This document shows, piece after piece, positions 51,185 through 64,000 of a stretch of DNA of 64,000 bases. The translations under genes were made by a program, and so were the position numbers. Position 1 is the stretch's first letter. Each line of letters opens with the position of its first letter. This stretch comes from Eledone cirrhosa. Lineage: Eukaryota. Location: contig OZ024749.1 of assembly GCA_964016885.1 (NCBI GenBank), forward strand, positions 28,582,001 to 28,646,000. Direction: 5' to 3'. A model generated the notes under the pieces. That model searched no databases and was not told the origin of the DNA. It saw only the letters and a program-made list of their open reading frames with translations.

Positions 51185-52392
51185 CGACCTCACACACTTA
51201 CACCTCTCCAAGACAATGTCACTGGGCCGAGATCTTTGGCGCTACACAGTAATACAGAAGATCCGCCTTACCTAAGTACAAAGTGAAACCTACTACAGTC
51301 AGTAGGCACCTCTAACAAAAATACACCCCCGTCCCACTACCCCCACCCCATCCACACCACCCCTTTCAATGTAAAGTTATGTTGGTACCACAACATCCAG
51401 TCCGAAACAAATAAGGTCGTGTAGGTGTCACGACAAAAAAAAACACACAGTCCACGCTGTAATGTGGCCGTGTAGGTAAAACGGTAAAAACCTCCCAGTC
51501 CACACTGTAAACGTGGTTGGTGTTAGGAAGGGCATTCAGCCGTAGAAAACCTGCCAGACAGTCCTATGTGAGCAAGACAACCACTCTTGCCTCAAGTGGG
51601 AAAACTCCCGTCCAAACCCATGCAAGCGTGGAAGATGGACGTTAAACGATGATGATGATGATGATGATGAGGATGATGTATATATATATGTATATATGTA
51701 TATATATATATATGTATATATATATGTATATATGTATATATATATATATATCAGATGTTGTTTACTCGAGAGAAGGCTACGTTGGTATGGACACGTGATG
51801 CGCATGAAAGTCGATAGCTGTATAACAAAGTGCAGGGCAATAAAGATAGACGGTAGTCACGGAATAGGCAGACCTAGAAAAACCTGGGACGAGCTGATAA
51901 ACTCCGACATCACACACTTACACCTCTCCAAGACAATGTCACTGGACCGAGACCTTTGGCGGTACTCAGTAACAGAGAAGACCCGCCTTACCTAAATATA
52001 TAGTAAAACCTACTCCAGCCAGTAGGCATCTCTAACAAAATACACCCCGTCCCACCACCACCACCCCCACCCCATCCACACCACCCCGTTCTATGTAAAG
52101 TTATGTTGGTGCCGCGCCATCGAGGCCGAAACAAATGAGATCGTGTAGGTGTCACGACAAAAAAACACACAGTCCACGCTGTAATGTGGCCGTGTAGGCA
52201 ACACGGTAAAAACCTCCCAGACCCACACTGTAAACGTGGTTGGTGTTAGGAAGGGCATCCAACTGTAGAAAACCTGCCAGACAGTCCTATGCGAGCAAGA
52301 CAATCACTCTTGCCTCAAGTGGGACTACCCCCGTCCAAACCCATGCAAGCGTGGAACACGGACGTTAAACGTTGATGATGATGATGATGATG
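51182..52392 (+). mobile_element. Two tandem RTE 3' fragments (51182-51678 and 51752-52392)
   Basis: ERRLRWYGHVMRM..GRPRKTW; shared 3' UTR and (GAT)n tails. Confidence 0.9.
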
Positions 52393-52399
52393 ATATATG

Positions 52400-54720
52400 T
52401 ATCATCATCATCATCATTTTACGTCCGCTTTTCCCTGCTTGCAAGGGTGGGACGGGTCTTATTCAGCACAGCATCTCTCCACTTGTCACGGTCCTTCGTC
52501 ATCTCCACCGTGAGCTTCAATGATCTGAGGTCTGTTCTCACCACCTCCGCCCATGTTTTTCGTGGTCTACCTCTACCACGTCTTCCCTCAACTGGCAATT
52601 CCTGGCACTTCTTCACCCATCGGTCATCCTCCATGCGCATCACATGTTTCCTCTCCCGTACACTACATTCTATCCCTCTCAGACACAGTTTCTCTCTCAA
52701 CACATTTATGCTGGGTCGTTCATGCACATTTACACTGCACATCCAACGGAGCATGCTTGCCTCATTTCTCTCCAGCCGTCGCATATCCTCTGCAGTTGCT
52801 GCCCATGTCTCACTACCATGCAGCATCGCGCTCCTCACACAGGCATCATACAACAGCCTTTCGTACGCAGGGAGAAACCCTTCTTCGTCAACAGAGGAAG
52901 CAGCTCCCTAAACTTCTTCGAACCCGTCCTTATTCTAGATACTATGGCCTCGGAACACCCTCCTCCCATGCTAATCTGATCTCCTAGGTACCAGAAGCTA
53001 TCCACCACTTCTATAGCGCCCTCTTGCATTTGAAAAATGTGTCTATCAGTGCGACTTCTACTGTCTAATTTCCCTGTACATCTACTGCATACATATTTCT
53101 CCCTACCTGTTAGTTTGCCTGCTAACCCGCTACATCTCTTGTGTACCCAGGATCTGCATTGTGTGCATTTTATAGAATTTATGCCAGTTCCTTTTCTGCA
53201 TATCGAACATGGCCATTTCCCTGACGGAATCAGGGTTTTGTCCTCTTTTCTACTCATCAACACTTTTGTCTTAGCTAGATTCACTCTCAGTCCTCTTGCT
53301 TCCAACTGCTGTTTCCATAGCCAGAATTTATTCTCTAGCTCCTCTACTGATTCTGCTATAAGAACCAGATCGTCAGCATAGAGAAGTTCCCATGGACAGC
53401 CAGTCTTAAACTCCTCTGTTATGGCTTGGAGGACTATAATGAACAAGAGCGGGCTGAGGACCGAACCCTGATGTACTCCTACTTGTATCTGGAATTCCTC
53501 ACTAAACTCCATTCCTACCCTGACTTTACTGAGAGTACCTCTGTACAAAGTTTGCACTGTCCTCACAAGCCATTCCACAACACCTAGCTTCCTTAGGGAC
53601 CACCAGATGACAGATCGGGGTACCCTATCAAAGGCCTTCTCTATGTCAACAAAGGCTAAGTATAGTGGCTTATTCTTCTCTAAGAACCTCTCTTGCAATT
53701 GTCTCACCAAGAAGAGGGCATCTGTTGTACTCTTCCTAGGCACAAAACCAAACTGCATCTCATCTAGTTTAACCCTTTCTCTAATTAGTTGTGCTAAAAT
53801 CCTTTCTGCCACTTTCATAACCTGATCTATCAGTTTTATACCCACCCCTATAATTGCTCCTCTCCAAAGCATCCCCTTTACCTTTGTAGCAATTTATGAG
53901 AATACTGCTGCACCAGTCTTTGGGTATGACACCACCATATATAGCCTGATTGATGATGCGTGCAACCAGTTTAGTGCCTACGTCCCCTGATGCCTTCAGC
54001 ATCTCAGCAACTATTCCCGATGGTCTAGCAGCCTTACCATTTTTCATTTCCCTAATCGCCTCTTGGACCCTATCTTCGTCAATCTCAATAGCTGGTCTTT
54101 CTGTCAGATCTACCAAGGGTAATTTCTCTCTCTCCATTCGTTCTCCACATTCATCAGTCTCTCATAATGACATTTCCAGGCCTCCTTTTTCTGATCATTC
54201 GTGACACTAAGTACACCGGCATCATCCCGGACACATTTATCTCCAACAACATCCTGATTTGCATTGACACACTGCCTTGCAATGTGGAACACCGCACGCC
54301 TCTGATCTTCCCGTCGCAGAACATTGGCAAACCTCCTATTCTCTGCCTCCCTGCGTGTTAAGTACACCTGACGTCTAGCTTCTCTCTTAGTGGCTGTATA
54401 TTCTTCCCTACTCCCACCCTTTTTCCAAGCCTTCCATGCTAGTCTTTTGTCTCTAATAGCCTTATCTACTGTGCTGTTCCACCACCAGGTCACTCTCTGT
54501 CTGGTTGGAGCTCTGCTCCAGCCACAATTTCATCAGTAGCCTGCAGCAAGTTGTCACGTAAAAAATTCCAGTTATTATCTATGTCATACGTCTCTAAATC
54601 GTCTTCTTTTTCGTCATATACATCTTGAAGGGCTTTCCTAAATTTGTATTTTAGTGAAAGGTCTTTTAGCTTCCAGACCTTTCTTCTCCACACCTTCCTA
54701 TATGTCTCTACCAACATGCT
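52400..54720 (-). mobile_element. RTE-clade LINE ORF2 (RT with inserted PHD-like Zn finger), frameshifted and 5'-truncated
   Basis: QFGF, AFVDIEKAFDRV, GVHQGSVLSPLLF, YADD, CxxC..CxxCxxWVHKRC..CxxC. Confidence 0.95.
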
Positions 54721-55345
54721 AAGATAGAGCACAGGGGTAGATTAGAGAACATAGAAATAAAAATAGAATCCACACACAGAAAAGATGCAATGTTTAGGCA
54801 AATTACAGAGGCAGTAAGCATAAAAGAATTACGACCAAAATTAAATAGAAAATATGAGTGGAACAGCAACATCACAACTTACAATTAAGGACAAAATGAA
54901 AACACACACATAGAACAAACAACCAACCAACAATAAATAAATAAACAAATAGATAAATGAACACAAACACACACAGACACCCGGATGTGGCGCATGCGCA
55001 AACTGAGCACACAACACACACACAGAAACAAAATGGCGTAGGATAGAAGAAAGGAAAGGCACAGAAACAAAGAAAGGAATCCCCAGTCACTGAAGAGGTC
55101 ACAGAGTGTGTGACGAAAGGACTATGACTATATATAAACAACTATCTGGTTGTGGAACCAACCAACCAACCAGAAATTTATAAGTTTGTAGATTTGTAAA
55201 TTTATAAATATATAATAAATTGAAGTGAAAGCAACTGGTGCGTGTGTTTCTTATTGGCAACATGACCCTCCCAAAGTATAACAATATCGGTTTCAACACA
55301 CGATTTCAGATAAAGAATCTTGCTAAACAAATTCAGAAACGAAAT
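54720..55345 (+). mobile_element. Penelope-like non-coding 3' region with hammerhead at 55085-55129
   Basis: From ~54997 onward near-identical to 36875-37225; agtca-CTGAAGA..GAAA G GA CTA^-tgact. Confidence 0.82.
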
Positions 55346-55722
55346 ATATATGTATATATATATATGTATATATGTATATATATATATGTATATATGTATA
55401 TATATATATGTATATATGTATATATATATATGTATATATGTATATATATATATATATGTATATATATATGTATGTATGTATATATGTATATATATGTATA
55501 TATGTATATATATGTATATATGTATATATATATATGTATATATGTATATATATGTATATATGTATATATATGTATATATGTATATATATGTATATATGTA
55601 TATATGTATATATATGTATATATGTATATATATGTATATATGTATATATATGTATATATATGTATATATATGTATATATATGTATATATGTATATATATA
55701 TATATGTATATATGTATATATG

Positions 55723-55753
<31 letters not shown>

Positions 55754-55946
55754 GTATATATGTATATATATACATATATACATATATATACATATATATG
55801 TATATATGTATATATATATGTATATATCTATGTATATATGTGTATATATATGTGTATATATATATGTATGTATATATATGTGTATATATATGTATATATA
55901 TATATGTGTATATATATGTGTATATATATATGTATATATATATATG

Positions 55947-55981
<35 letters not shown>

Positions 55982-56219
55982 GTATATATATATATGTATA
56001 TATATGTATATATATACGTATATATATATATGTATATATATATATGCATATATATATATGCATATATATATATGCATATATATATATGCATATATATATA
56101 TGCATGTATATATATGCATATATATATGTATATATATATATATACATATATATATATACATATATATATATATGTATATATACACATATATACATATATA
56201 TATATATGTATATATATAC

Positions 56220-56272
<53 letters not shown>

Positions 56273-56273
56273 C

Positions 56274-56347
<74 letters not shown>

Positions 56348-56422
56348 GTATATATATATGTATATATATACATATATATATATATATGTACATATATATA
56401 TATGTACATATATATATATATG

Positions 56423-56461
<39 letters not shown>

Positions 56462-56497
56462 ATACATATATATACGTGTATATATATATATGTATGT

Positions 56498-56770
56498 GGA
56501 GGCACGTGGCCTAGTGGTAAGGGTGTTGGACTTACGATCATAATGTAGTGGGCTTGATTCCTGGGCTGCGTGTTGTGTTCTTGAGCAAGACACTTCATTT
56601 CACGTTGCTCCAGTATACTCAGCTGGAAATGAGTACCAGCAATAGCTGGAGGTTTAACCCTGCGATGGACTGGCGTCCTGTCCAGGAGGGAGTCTTGTAC
56701 TCTCAGTCGCTTCACGCCATGAAACCGGGATAAGCACCGGCCAAATGAGCCTTCTGGCTTAATACAGACT
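56498..56770 (+). mobile_element. tRNA-derived CORE-like SINE with a different 3' tail
   Basis: TGGCCTAGTGG A box, ttgagcaagacactt core, T-rich end. Confidence 0.75.
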
Positions 56771-56821
56771 TTTTTTTTTTTAGACATATATATACATACA
56801 TATATATATACATATATATAT

Positions 56822-56874
<53 letters not shown>

Positions 56875-57268
56875 CATATATATACATATATATACATATA
56901 TATACATATATATACATATATAGACATACATATATATATACATGTATATATATATACATATATATATGTATACATATATATGTGTATACATACAATATAT
57001 ATATACACATACATATATATATACATATACATAGATATATATATATACATATATATATATACATACATTGAAAAATAACCGAGTGAAAGTATAAAGAAAA
57101 ACAGATGAAATCGAAAATGCAACTGGAGTCTTATTTTTTTTTTTTTTTTTTTTTTAAATATATATATTTATTTGGTTACCGGTTTCGCAGTTCTTCTGCT
57201 TTTCAAAAGTAGAGTTGGAGGGTCTGTGGTTTTTCAACTTTATACATATATATATATACAATCATATA

Positions 57269-57304
<36 letters not shown>

Positions 57305-57545
57305 TATATATATACACATATATATATGTGTATATGTATATATATATATACACATATATATATATACATATACACATATATACATATATATATGTATATA
57401 CATATATATACATATATATATACATATATATATATACACATATATATACATTTATATACACACATATATATATACATATACATACATATATATATACATA
57501 TATACATACATATATATATATATATACATATACATACATATATAC

Positions 57546-59795
57546 ATATTCTATAGCGATTAGGTCTTCAAAATGTTTATTATAAACATACAGAATATTT
57601 TCGAATATTCTATGTCTATACTCACATATATATCGCTATTTCAGAGCATTTATTCCAATTTCTAATTTCTGCCGGACCGGCAACCGCTCTTTCAAACCAG
57701 TTCCAGTACACAGCTAAGTATTCTATAAGTCTCTAGCTGTGTCATTCTCGATAAAAGCACTGGATATGTGGTCCTGATGAATTCTAACAAGAATGAAACG
57801 CGTAGATTACTTCCCTTGCTTTTATCGAGAATCTAATTGTAATACGTGACGTATTCTATTCTATAGCGATTAGGTCTTCAAAATGTTTATTATAAACATA
57901 CAGAATATTTTCGAATATTCTATGTCTATACTCACATATATATCGCTATTTCAGAGCATTTATTCCAATTTCTAATTTCTGCCGGACCGGCAACCGCTCT
58001 TTCAAACCAGTTCCAGTACACAGCTAAGTATTCTATAAGTCTCTAGCTGTGTCATTCTCGATAAAAGCACTGGATATGTGGTCCTGATGAATTCTAACAA
58101 GAATGAAACGCGTAGATTACTTCCCTTGCTTTTATCGAGAATCTAATTGTAATACGTGACGTATTCTATTCTATAGCGATTAGGTCTTCAAAATGTTTAT
58201 TATAAACATACAGAATATTTTCGAATATTCTATGTCTATACTCACATATATATCGCTATTTCAGAGCATTTATTCCAATTTCTAATTTCTGCCGGACCGG
58301 CAACCGCTCTTTCAAACCAGTTCCAGTACACAGCTAAGTATTCTATAAGTCTCTAGCTGTGTCATTCTCGATAAAAGCACTGGATATGTGGTCCTGATGA
58401 ATTCTAACAAGAATGAAACGCGTAGATTACTTCCCTTGCTTTTATCGAGAATCTAATTGTAATACGTGACGTATTCTATTCTATAGCGATTAGGTCTTCA
58501 AAATGTTTATTATAAACATACAGAATATTTTCGAATATTCTATGTCTATACTCACATATATATCGCTATTTCAGAGCATTTATTCCAATTTCTAATTTCT
58601 GCCGGACCGGCAACCGCTCTTTCAAACCAGTTCCAGTACACAGCTAAGTATTCTATAAGTCTCTAGCTGTGTCATTCTCGATAAAAGCACTGGATATGTG
58701 GTCCTGATGAATTCTAACAAGAATGAAACGCGTAGATTACTTCCCTTGCTTTTATCGAGAATCTAATTGTAATACGTGACGTATTCTATTCTATAGCGAT
58801 TAGGTCTTCAAAATGTTTATTATAAACATACAGAATATTTTCGAATATTCTATGTCTATACTCACATATATATCGCTATTTCAGAGCATTTATTCCAATT
58901 TCTAATTTCTGCCGGACCGGCAACCGCTCTTTCAAACCAGTTCCAGTACACAGCTAAGTATTCTATAAGTCTCTAGCTGTGTCATTCTCGATAAAAGCAC
59001 TGGATATGTGGTCCTGATGAATTCTAACAAGAATGAAACGCGTAGATTACTTCCCTTGCTTTTATCGAGTATCTAATTGTAATACGTGACGTATTCTATT
59101 CTATAGCGATTAGGTCTTCAAAATGTTTATTATAAACATACAGAATATTTTCGAATATTCTATGTCTATACTCACATATATATCGCTATTTCAGAGCATT
59201 TATTCCAATTTCTAATTTCTGCCGGACCGGCAACCGCTCTTTCAAACCAGTTCCAGTACACAGCTAAGTATTCTATAAGTCTCTAGCTGTGTCATTCTCG
59301 ATAAAAGCACTGGATATGTGGTCCTGATGAATTCTAACAAGAATGAAACGCGTAGATTACTTCCCTTGCTTTTATCGAGAATCTAATTGTAATACGTGAC
59401 GTATTCTATTCTATAGCGATTAGGTCTTCAAAATGTTTATTATAAACATACAGAATATTTTCGAATATTCTATGTCTATACTCACATATATATCGCTATT
59501 TCAGAGCATTTATTCCAATTTCTAATTTCTGCCGGACCGGCAACCGCTCTTTCAAACCAGTTCCAGTACACAGCTAAGTATTCTATAAGTCTCTAGCTGT
59601 GTCATTCTCGATAAAAGCACTGGATATGTGGTCCTGATGAATTCTAATAAGAATGAAACGCGTAGATTACTTCCCTTGCTTTTATCGAGAATCTAATTGT
59701 AATACGTGACGTATTCTATTCTATAGCGATTAGGTCTTCAAAATGTTTATTATAAACATACAGAATATTTTCGAATATTCTATGTCTATACTCAT
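57546..59795 (+). repeat. Tandem array of 7 full 310-bp units plus a partial unit, each full unit with a type I hammerhead (non-LTR retrozyme-like)
   Basis: ctatagcgat recurs at 57551, 57861, 58171, 58481, 58791, 59101, 59411 and 59721; only two substitutions noticed (59070, 59648). Confidence 0.95.
57744..57832 (+). ncRNA. Type I hammerhead of unit 1 (repeats at +310 intervals to 59604-59692)
   Basis: attctcgataaaagca..gtggtc-CTGATGA-attct aaca agaat-GAAA CGCG TA^-gattac..tgcttttatcgagaat. Confidence 0.93.
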
Positions 59796-59917
59796 ATATA
59801 TGTATATATATATATATGTATATATACATATATATATGTATATATACATACATATATATATATACATATACATACTTATATATATATACATACATATATA
59901 TATACATATATATACAT

Positions 59918-59960
<43 letters not shown>

Positions 59961-59963
<3 letters not shown>

Positions 59964-60279
59964 TCATCATAATCATTTTACGTCCACTTTTCCCTGCTTG
60001 CAAGGGTGGGACGGGAACTGATTCTGGCTTGATTTCTACAGCTGGATGCCCTTCCTAACACCAACCTCATTTACAGTGAGTGCTGGGTGGTTTTTGCCGT
60101 GGCACCTACCCGACCACTTTGCAGTGGAATGATAGGGACCCCATCTCAGCTGAGTAAACTGGAGCAATGTGAAATAAAGTGCCTTGCTCAAGGAAACAAC
60201 ACATCACCCGGTCTGAGAATTGAACTCACACACTTTCGATTGCAAGGCCAATGCTCTAACCACTAAGCCATGTGCCTCC
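59961..60279 (-). mobile_element. CORE-like SINE with RTE tail
   Basis: Reverse complement of the 11622 family. Confidence 0.88.
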
Positions 60280-61611
60280 ATATATATATACATACATATA
60301 TATATATATATATATACATACACATATATATATATATACATACATATATATATACATACACATATATATATATACATATATATATATACATATATATATA
60401 TATACATATACATATATACATATATATATACATATATATATATATACATACATATATATATATATATATACATATATATACATTTATACATACATAAATA
60501 TGTGTATGAGTGTGTGTTATTGCAGTGTGCCAGCAATTCACCACGACTACGTTGACATAATGCTAAAGGTAAACTAATATATATTATATTTATTATCGAT
60601 TAGTACTTAATTAATAATTAACATTGTCGTCTATCTGCCACACAACATTCATCAGAAATGCCTTAGGTTTAACAATTAACATTCTTGTTTTAATTAACCA
60701 CCCATCATTCCACTTAACGGTTCAAGGGGAGGTAATTCTTCTTATCTTCCCTTGAAATTTCCGGAAACTTCTCTCAGAACGGTAAAGAGATTTTTCTGTC
60801 TTATTTTCAGTTATTTTATTTACTTTCTTTTTAATTAGTATGCAGTAATTTATTAAATATTTTTTTATTACGAATCATTATGTGATATCGTTTGTTTGAT
60901 AGCATATTTTTTGCAATGACATTCCGATTAGAGCCCAAGAAATAATAGTTTAAACTTGCCTGGTACAAAACAAACCGTGGATGGTATTGTTTTTTGTTTT
61001 GTCTTGATGTGGTTAAACAAAGATGAAATGCATTTATCTGACCGAAGTAACTGGATATCTGCTACTATGCCACTTAACTATATGTAGATAAAACATATAT
61101 TAATGCCTCATGAGGTAGAACTACCTGCCAAGATGTTTTTTTTTTAAAATAATCTTTCGCACCACTTTGTCTCTGATCTTTCTCTTAACAAAAGTAATGT
61201 ATTCTTGTCGTAATTTTGAACTGGTTTTAAAATATATATATATTTATATAAATATATACTGTATTTCATTCGATTAAATATTTATACTGCTACAATTAGA
61301 AAATAATGATGTTTTCATTCGTATGCCAGCTAATTCGAACCTATATTGTTCCTATCTGATTTAATAATAACCAAAGTTTAAGATTCTCTCCATGTTTTCC
61401 AGTTACTAATAAAAAACGAGGGTTGTATCGTCAGTTTGCTAGGCATAAAAGCTAGACCTTCTTCAAATTCTTACCGCCTTCAAAGAACTAAAGACATTGG
61501 ATAATATAATCCAGAATAAAGTTATTTTCGAAATATAGACATGATGGTCACAACTGGAATTTCTTTGATCATAGTTCTATTAGTTCAGAGTTGACCTAGG
61601 GCTAAAAGGCC

Positions 61612-61674
<63 letters not shown>

Positions 61675-62019
61675 ATGTGTGTGATAGTGAATCATACATA
61701 GTTCTGTTAGTTGAGAGTTGACGTAGGGCTAAAAGACCAACATTATATATATATTTACATACACAGAAACACACATATATGTATATAATGACCGCAATGT
61801 CGGTTAACTCTAATAATATATAAATTTCGGCAATATAGTTTAGTCCAAACTTCGTCTCAAAATACTGGTCAATTTCTAGAATAATTCCCTCTTGTAATAT
61901 TCTGTGTCAATCTATGTTTTAACATGACCATCGGTTTATATGCGTTCTAACTAACTTTTCCATAGCTTTCTAGAAGCATCTTTTCCAATCTATTTCAGCT
62001 GCAGGTCTGTGCCATTATC

Positions 62020-62462
62020 AGCTGGAGGTGGGGGTAACTTTGTCAGTATAGCGTTGTACAAAATGCTTCGCGGTATTTATAGTTATGACTTTCAACGTAC
62101 TGAGTTTAAATTTCCGCCGGGGATCAACTTTGCCATCCATCCTTCAAGGGTCGACCGGGGTCGATATAATCGACTTTCTCCTTTCCCCCAAATTGCTGGT
62201 CTTGTGCTAAATATTAGAAAGAATTATCAGCTAAGGTGATAGATTGGCAGAATCGGTAGAGCGTCTGACGACGAACACATTGTGTTTTTTTTGTTAGGTT
62301 TCTTTACGTTCCGAGTTCAAATCCTGCCAAAGTCGATTTTGCCTTTCATCTTTTCAGGGATCGATAAAATAACGCGCATGTCGAGTACTGGAATCGATAT
62401 AATCAACTTTGTTCTCCCACCACCCCCCAAAATGTCCTTGTGCCTAAATTAGAAATTGTTAT
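62020..62462 (+). mobile_element. Two diverged tandem Meta-like SINEs
   Basis: gagttcaaatcc B box, ttgcctttcatc core, ttgtgcctaaattagaaa end. Confidence 0.7.
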
Positions 62463-63169
62463 CAACCGGTCGATACCGTCTGTCTGTCTATTTATCACAC
62501 GGTAATACATCCATGTGTCTGTCTGTTAATCTATTTTTCAGTAACTCAGTAATACAGCCTTGCGTATGTCTGTCTGCATGTCTATTTATCACACAGTGAC
62601 TAGGTAATATAGCCATGTCTCTGCCAGTCCATTTATCACACAGTTAATCGATAATACATCTATGTGTCTGTCTGTCAGTCTATCACACAGTGACTTGGTA
62701 ATACAGCCATGTACTGGGTGTATTTATTATGGCACCATCACTGCCGTTTTACTGTTTTGGCTGTGTACATTTTATTGTAGTAACACCAACACTACCACTT
62801 TACAGCGTGAGCTGTGTGCATTTTATTGTGGCACCAGCACTACCATTTTCAATACTAGGGCTCTTGCTGTGTCCTTGGTCAGGCAGAAAGGGTAGTGGTC
62901 GGAGTTAGAGAGAGTGGCCAAATGGGAAAGGTGGCCTTAAGACAATATCTAGCTATACATTGTAGGGTACACCTGTTTTTCCATAGTATGTGTATGATTT
63001 TATATATATATGTATGCATGTGTGGTATATGTATGTATATGTATTTATATACAGACGTGTGAGGTGTATGTATAGTTTTATATATACATGTATGTGTGCT
63101 GTGTGTATATGTATGGTTGTGTATATATATATATATGTATATTTCATTCTTATATTTCCAGCTTTAAAA

Positions 63170-63221
63170 ATGTACCAGGTGATTGTGATCAAAGAAGGTT
63201 ACCAATATTCTGATGTTAGTG
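63170..63221 (+). CDS. MBLAC1: MBLAC1-like metallo-beta-lactamase domain protein, coding exon 1 (MYQVIVIKEGYQYSDVS)
   Basis: ttccag acceptor ending 63161, ATG at 63170, GTAAG donor; VxxxxEGY motif. Confidence 0.8.
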
Positions 63222-63458
63222 GTAAGAACTATTTCCTTTTATCTGAAAAGAAAATGAATTTCACAGAGTTAGCTGGTCTCCAACGAAGTTGCATCTCATA
63301 CATGGTTTCTTGGGCATCTTAATGATAAGGACCTCAGTCCTATCATATTGTTACAGCTTACACCTGATGTTAACCTACTTATAAACATCTATTTTGTTTT
63401 TGTTTTTGTTTCTTTTTCCTGGATCAAAGACACACAATCTCTCCCTTCTATTGTTTAG

Positions 63459-63557
63459 GTGAAGAAAATGCTTCAGGCACAATCACCTTTGTAAATGGTC
63501 CTCATAAAATAATTGTTGACACTGGAAATCCCTGGGATAAAGACGATATTGTTCAAG
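63459..63557 (+). CDS. MBLAC1: MBLAC1-like coding exon 2 (GEENASGTITFVNGPHKIIVDTGNPWDKDDIVQ)
   Basis: tttag acceptor, GTAAG donor, phase 1/1; IxVDTGxPW motif of MBLAC1; gene continues beyond the window. Confidence 0.85.
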
Positions 63558-64000
63558 GTAAGAGTTTTTAAATCATTTTGAAAGTAATCAATTTGGACCT
63601 GGTGTACATGTGTGTGTATTTTTACACTATCGACCCTTCCATGTAAATATTAATAAATCGTTTAGCTTGTGTTTTGGAAATAACTTAACAAAGTGGTTTT
63701 AATTCTAACTTAACAAACAAAGGTTCTTACATGAAATTATATTTGAAAAGATTTAGTCATAGAAATACAACTAACTTTCTCATTAAGTTGGTGTTTGGAA
63801 CATAACTTAACAAAGGTTTGTATATAAGATTATGATGGAAGGTTTTTAGATGAATAACAAATACTTTAACCATTTCATTACTGATAATATTTTTAATTGC
63901 TTTGCTGAGTTGATATTTTATCTTCATATTTTATCTTTTTCTTAAGGTGTCTAATATTAGAGAAAGAAATTACTTTTTAAATGATATTGTCCACTCCTTC

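Noticed and set aside
57546-59795. CRISPR array or rDNA/5S repeat
   Set aside because: Whole units are identical with no unique spacers, there are no cas genes, and there is no rRNA similarity; eukaryotic context.
60610-60660. CTGATGA on the minus strand
   Set aside because: No properly placed GAAA or NUH site; not a hammerhead.
63947-64000. Third MBLAC1 exon after ttaag
   Set aside because: The required phase hits TAA immediately and the HxHxDH motif is absent; the next exon lies outside the window.

Overview
AT-rich, repeat-dense animal DNA. The SINE, RTE and (TA)n content suggests a cephalopod such as octopus (inference). Host genes: a complete 10-exon TGS1 (trimethylguanosine synthase) on the minus strand (CDS 20746->6537, 1131 aa, assembled by hand with consistent phases) that contains a U12-type AT-AC intron; the first two coding exons of an MBLAC1-like gene at the right end; and an unidentified terminal exon at the left end. 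Most ORFs in the track are (TA)n artefacts. The main signal the ORF track misses is a dense population of type I hammerhead ribozymes: about 23 clear motifs plus several degenerate ones, from roughly 10 sequence families, many with palindromic helix III. They lie in hairpin, inverted or partial-tandem elements embedded in (TA)n tracts, next to three Penelope-like GIY-YIG endonuclease remnants. One is a near-perfect 7 x 310-bp tandem array with one hammerhead per unit (57546-59795), resembling a non-LTR retrozyme that could produce circular RNA. RTE LINE fragments, a SINE sharing their 3' tail, and tandem Meta-like SINEs are also present.
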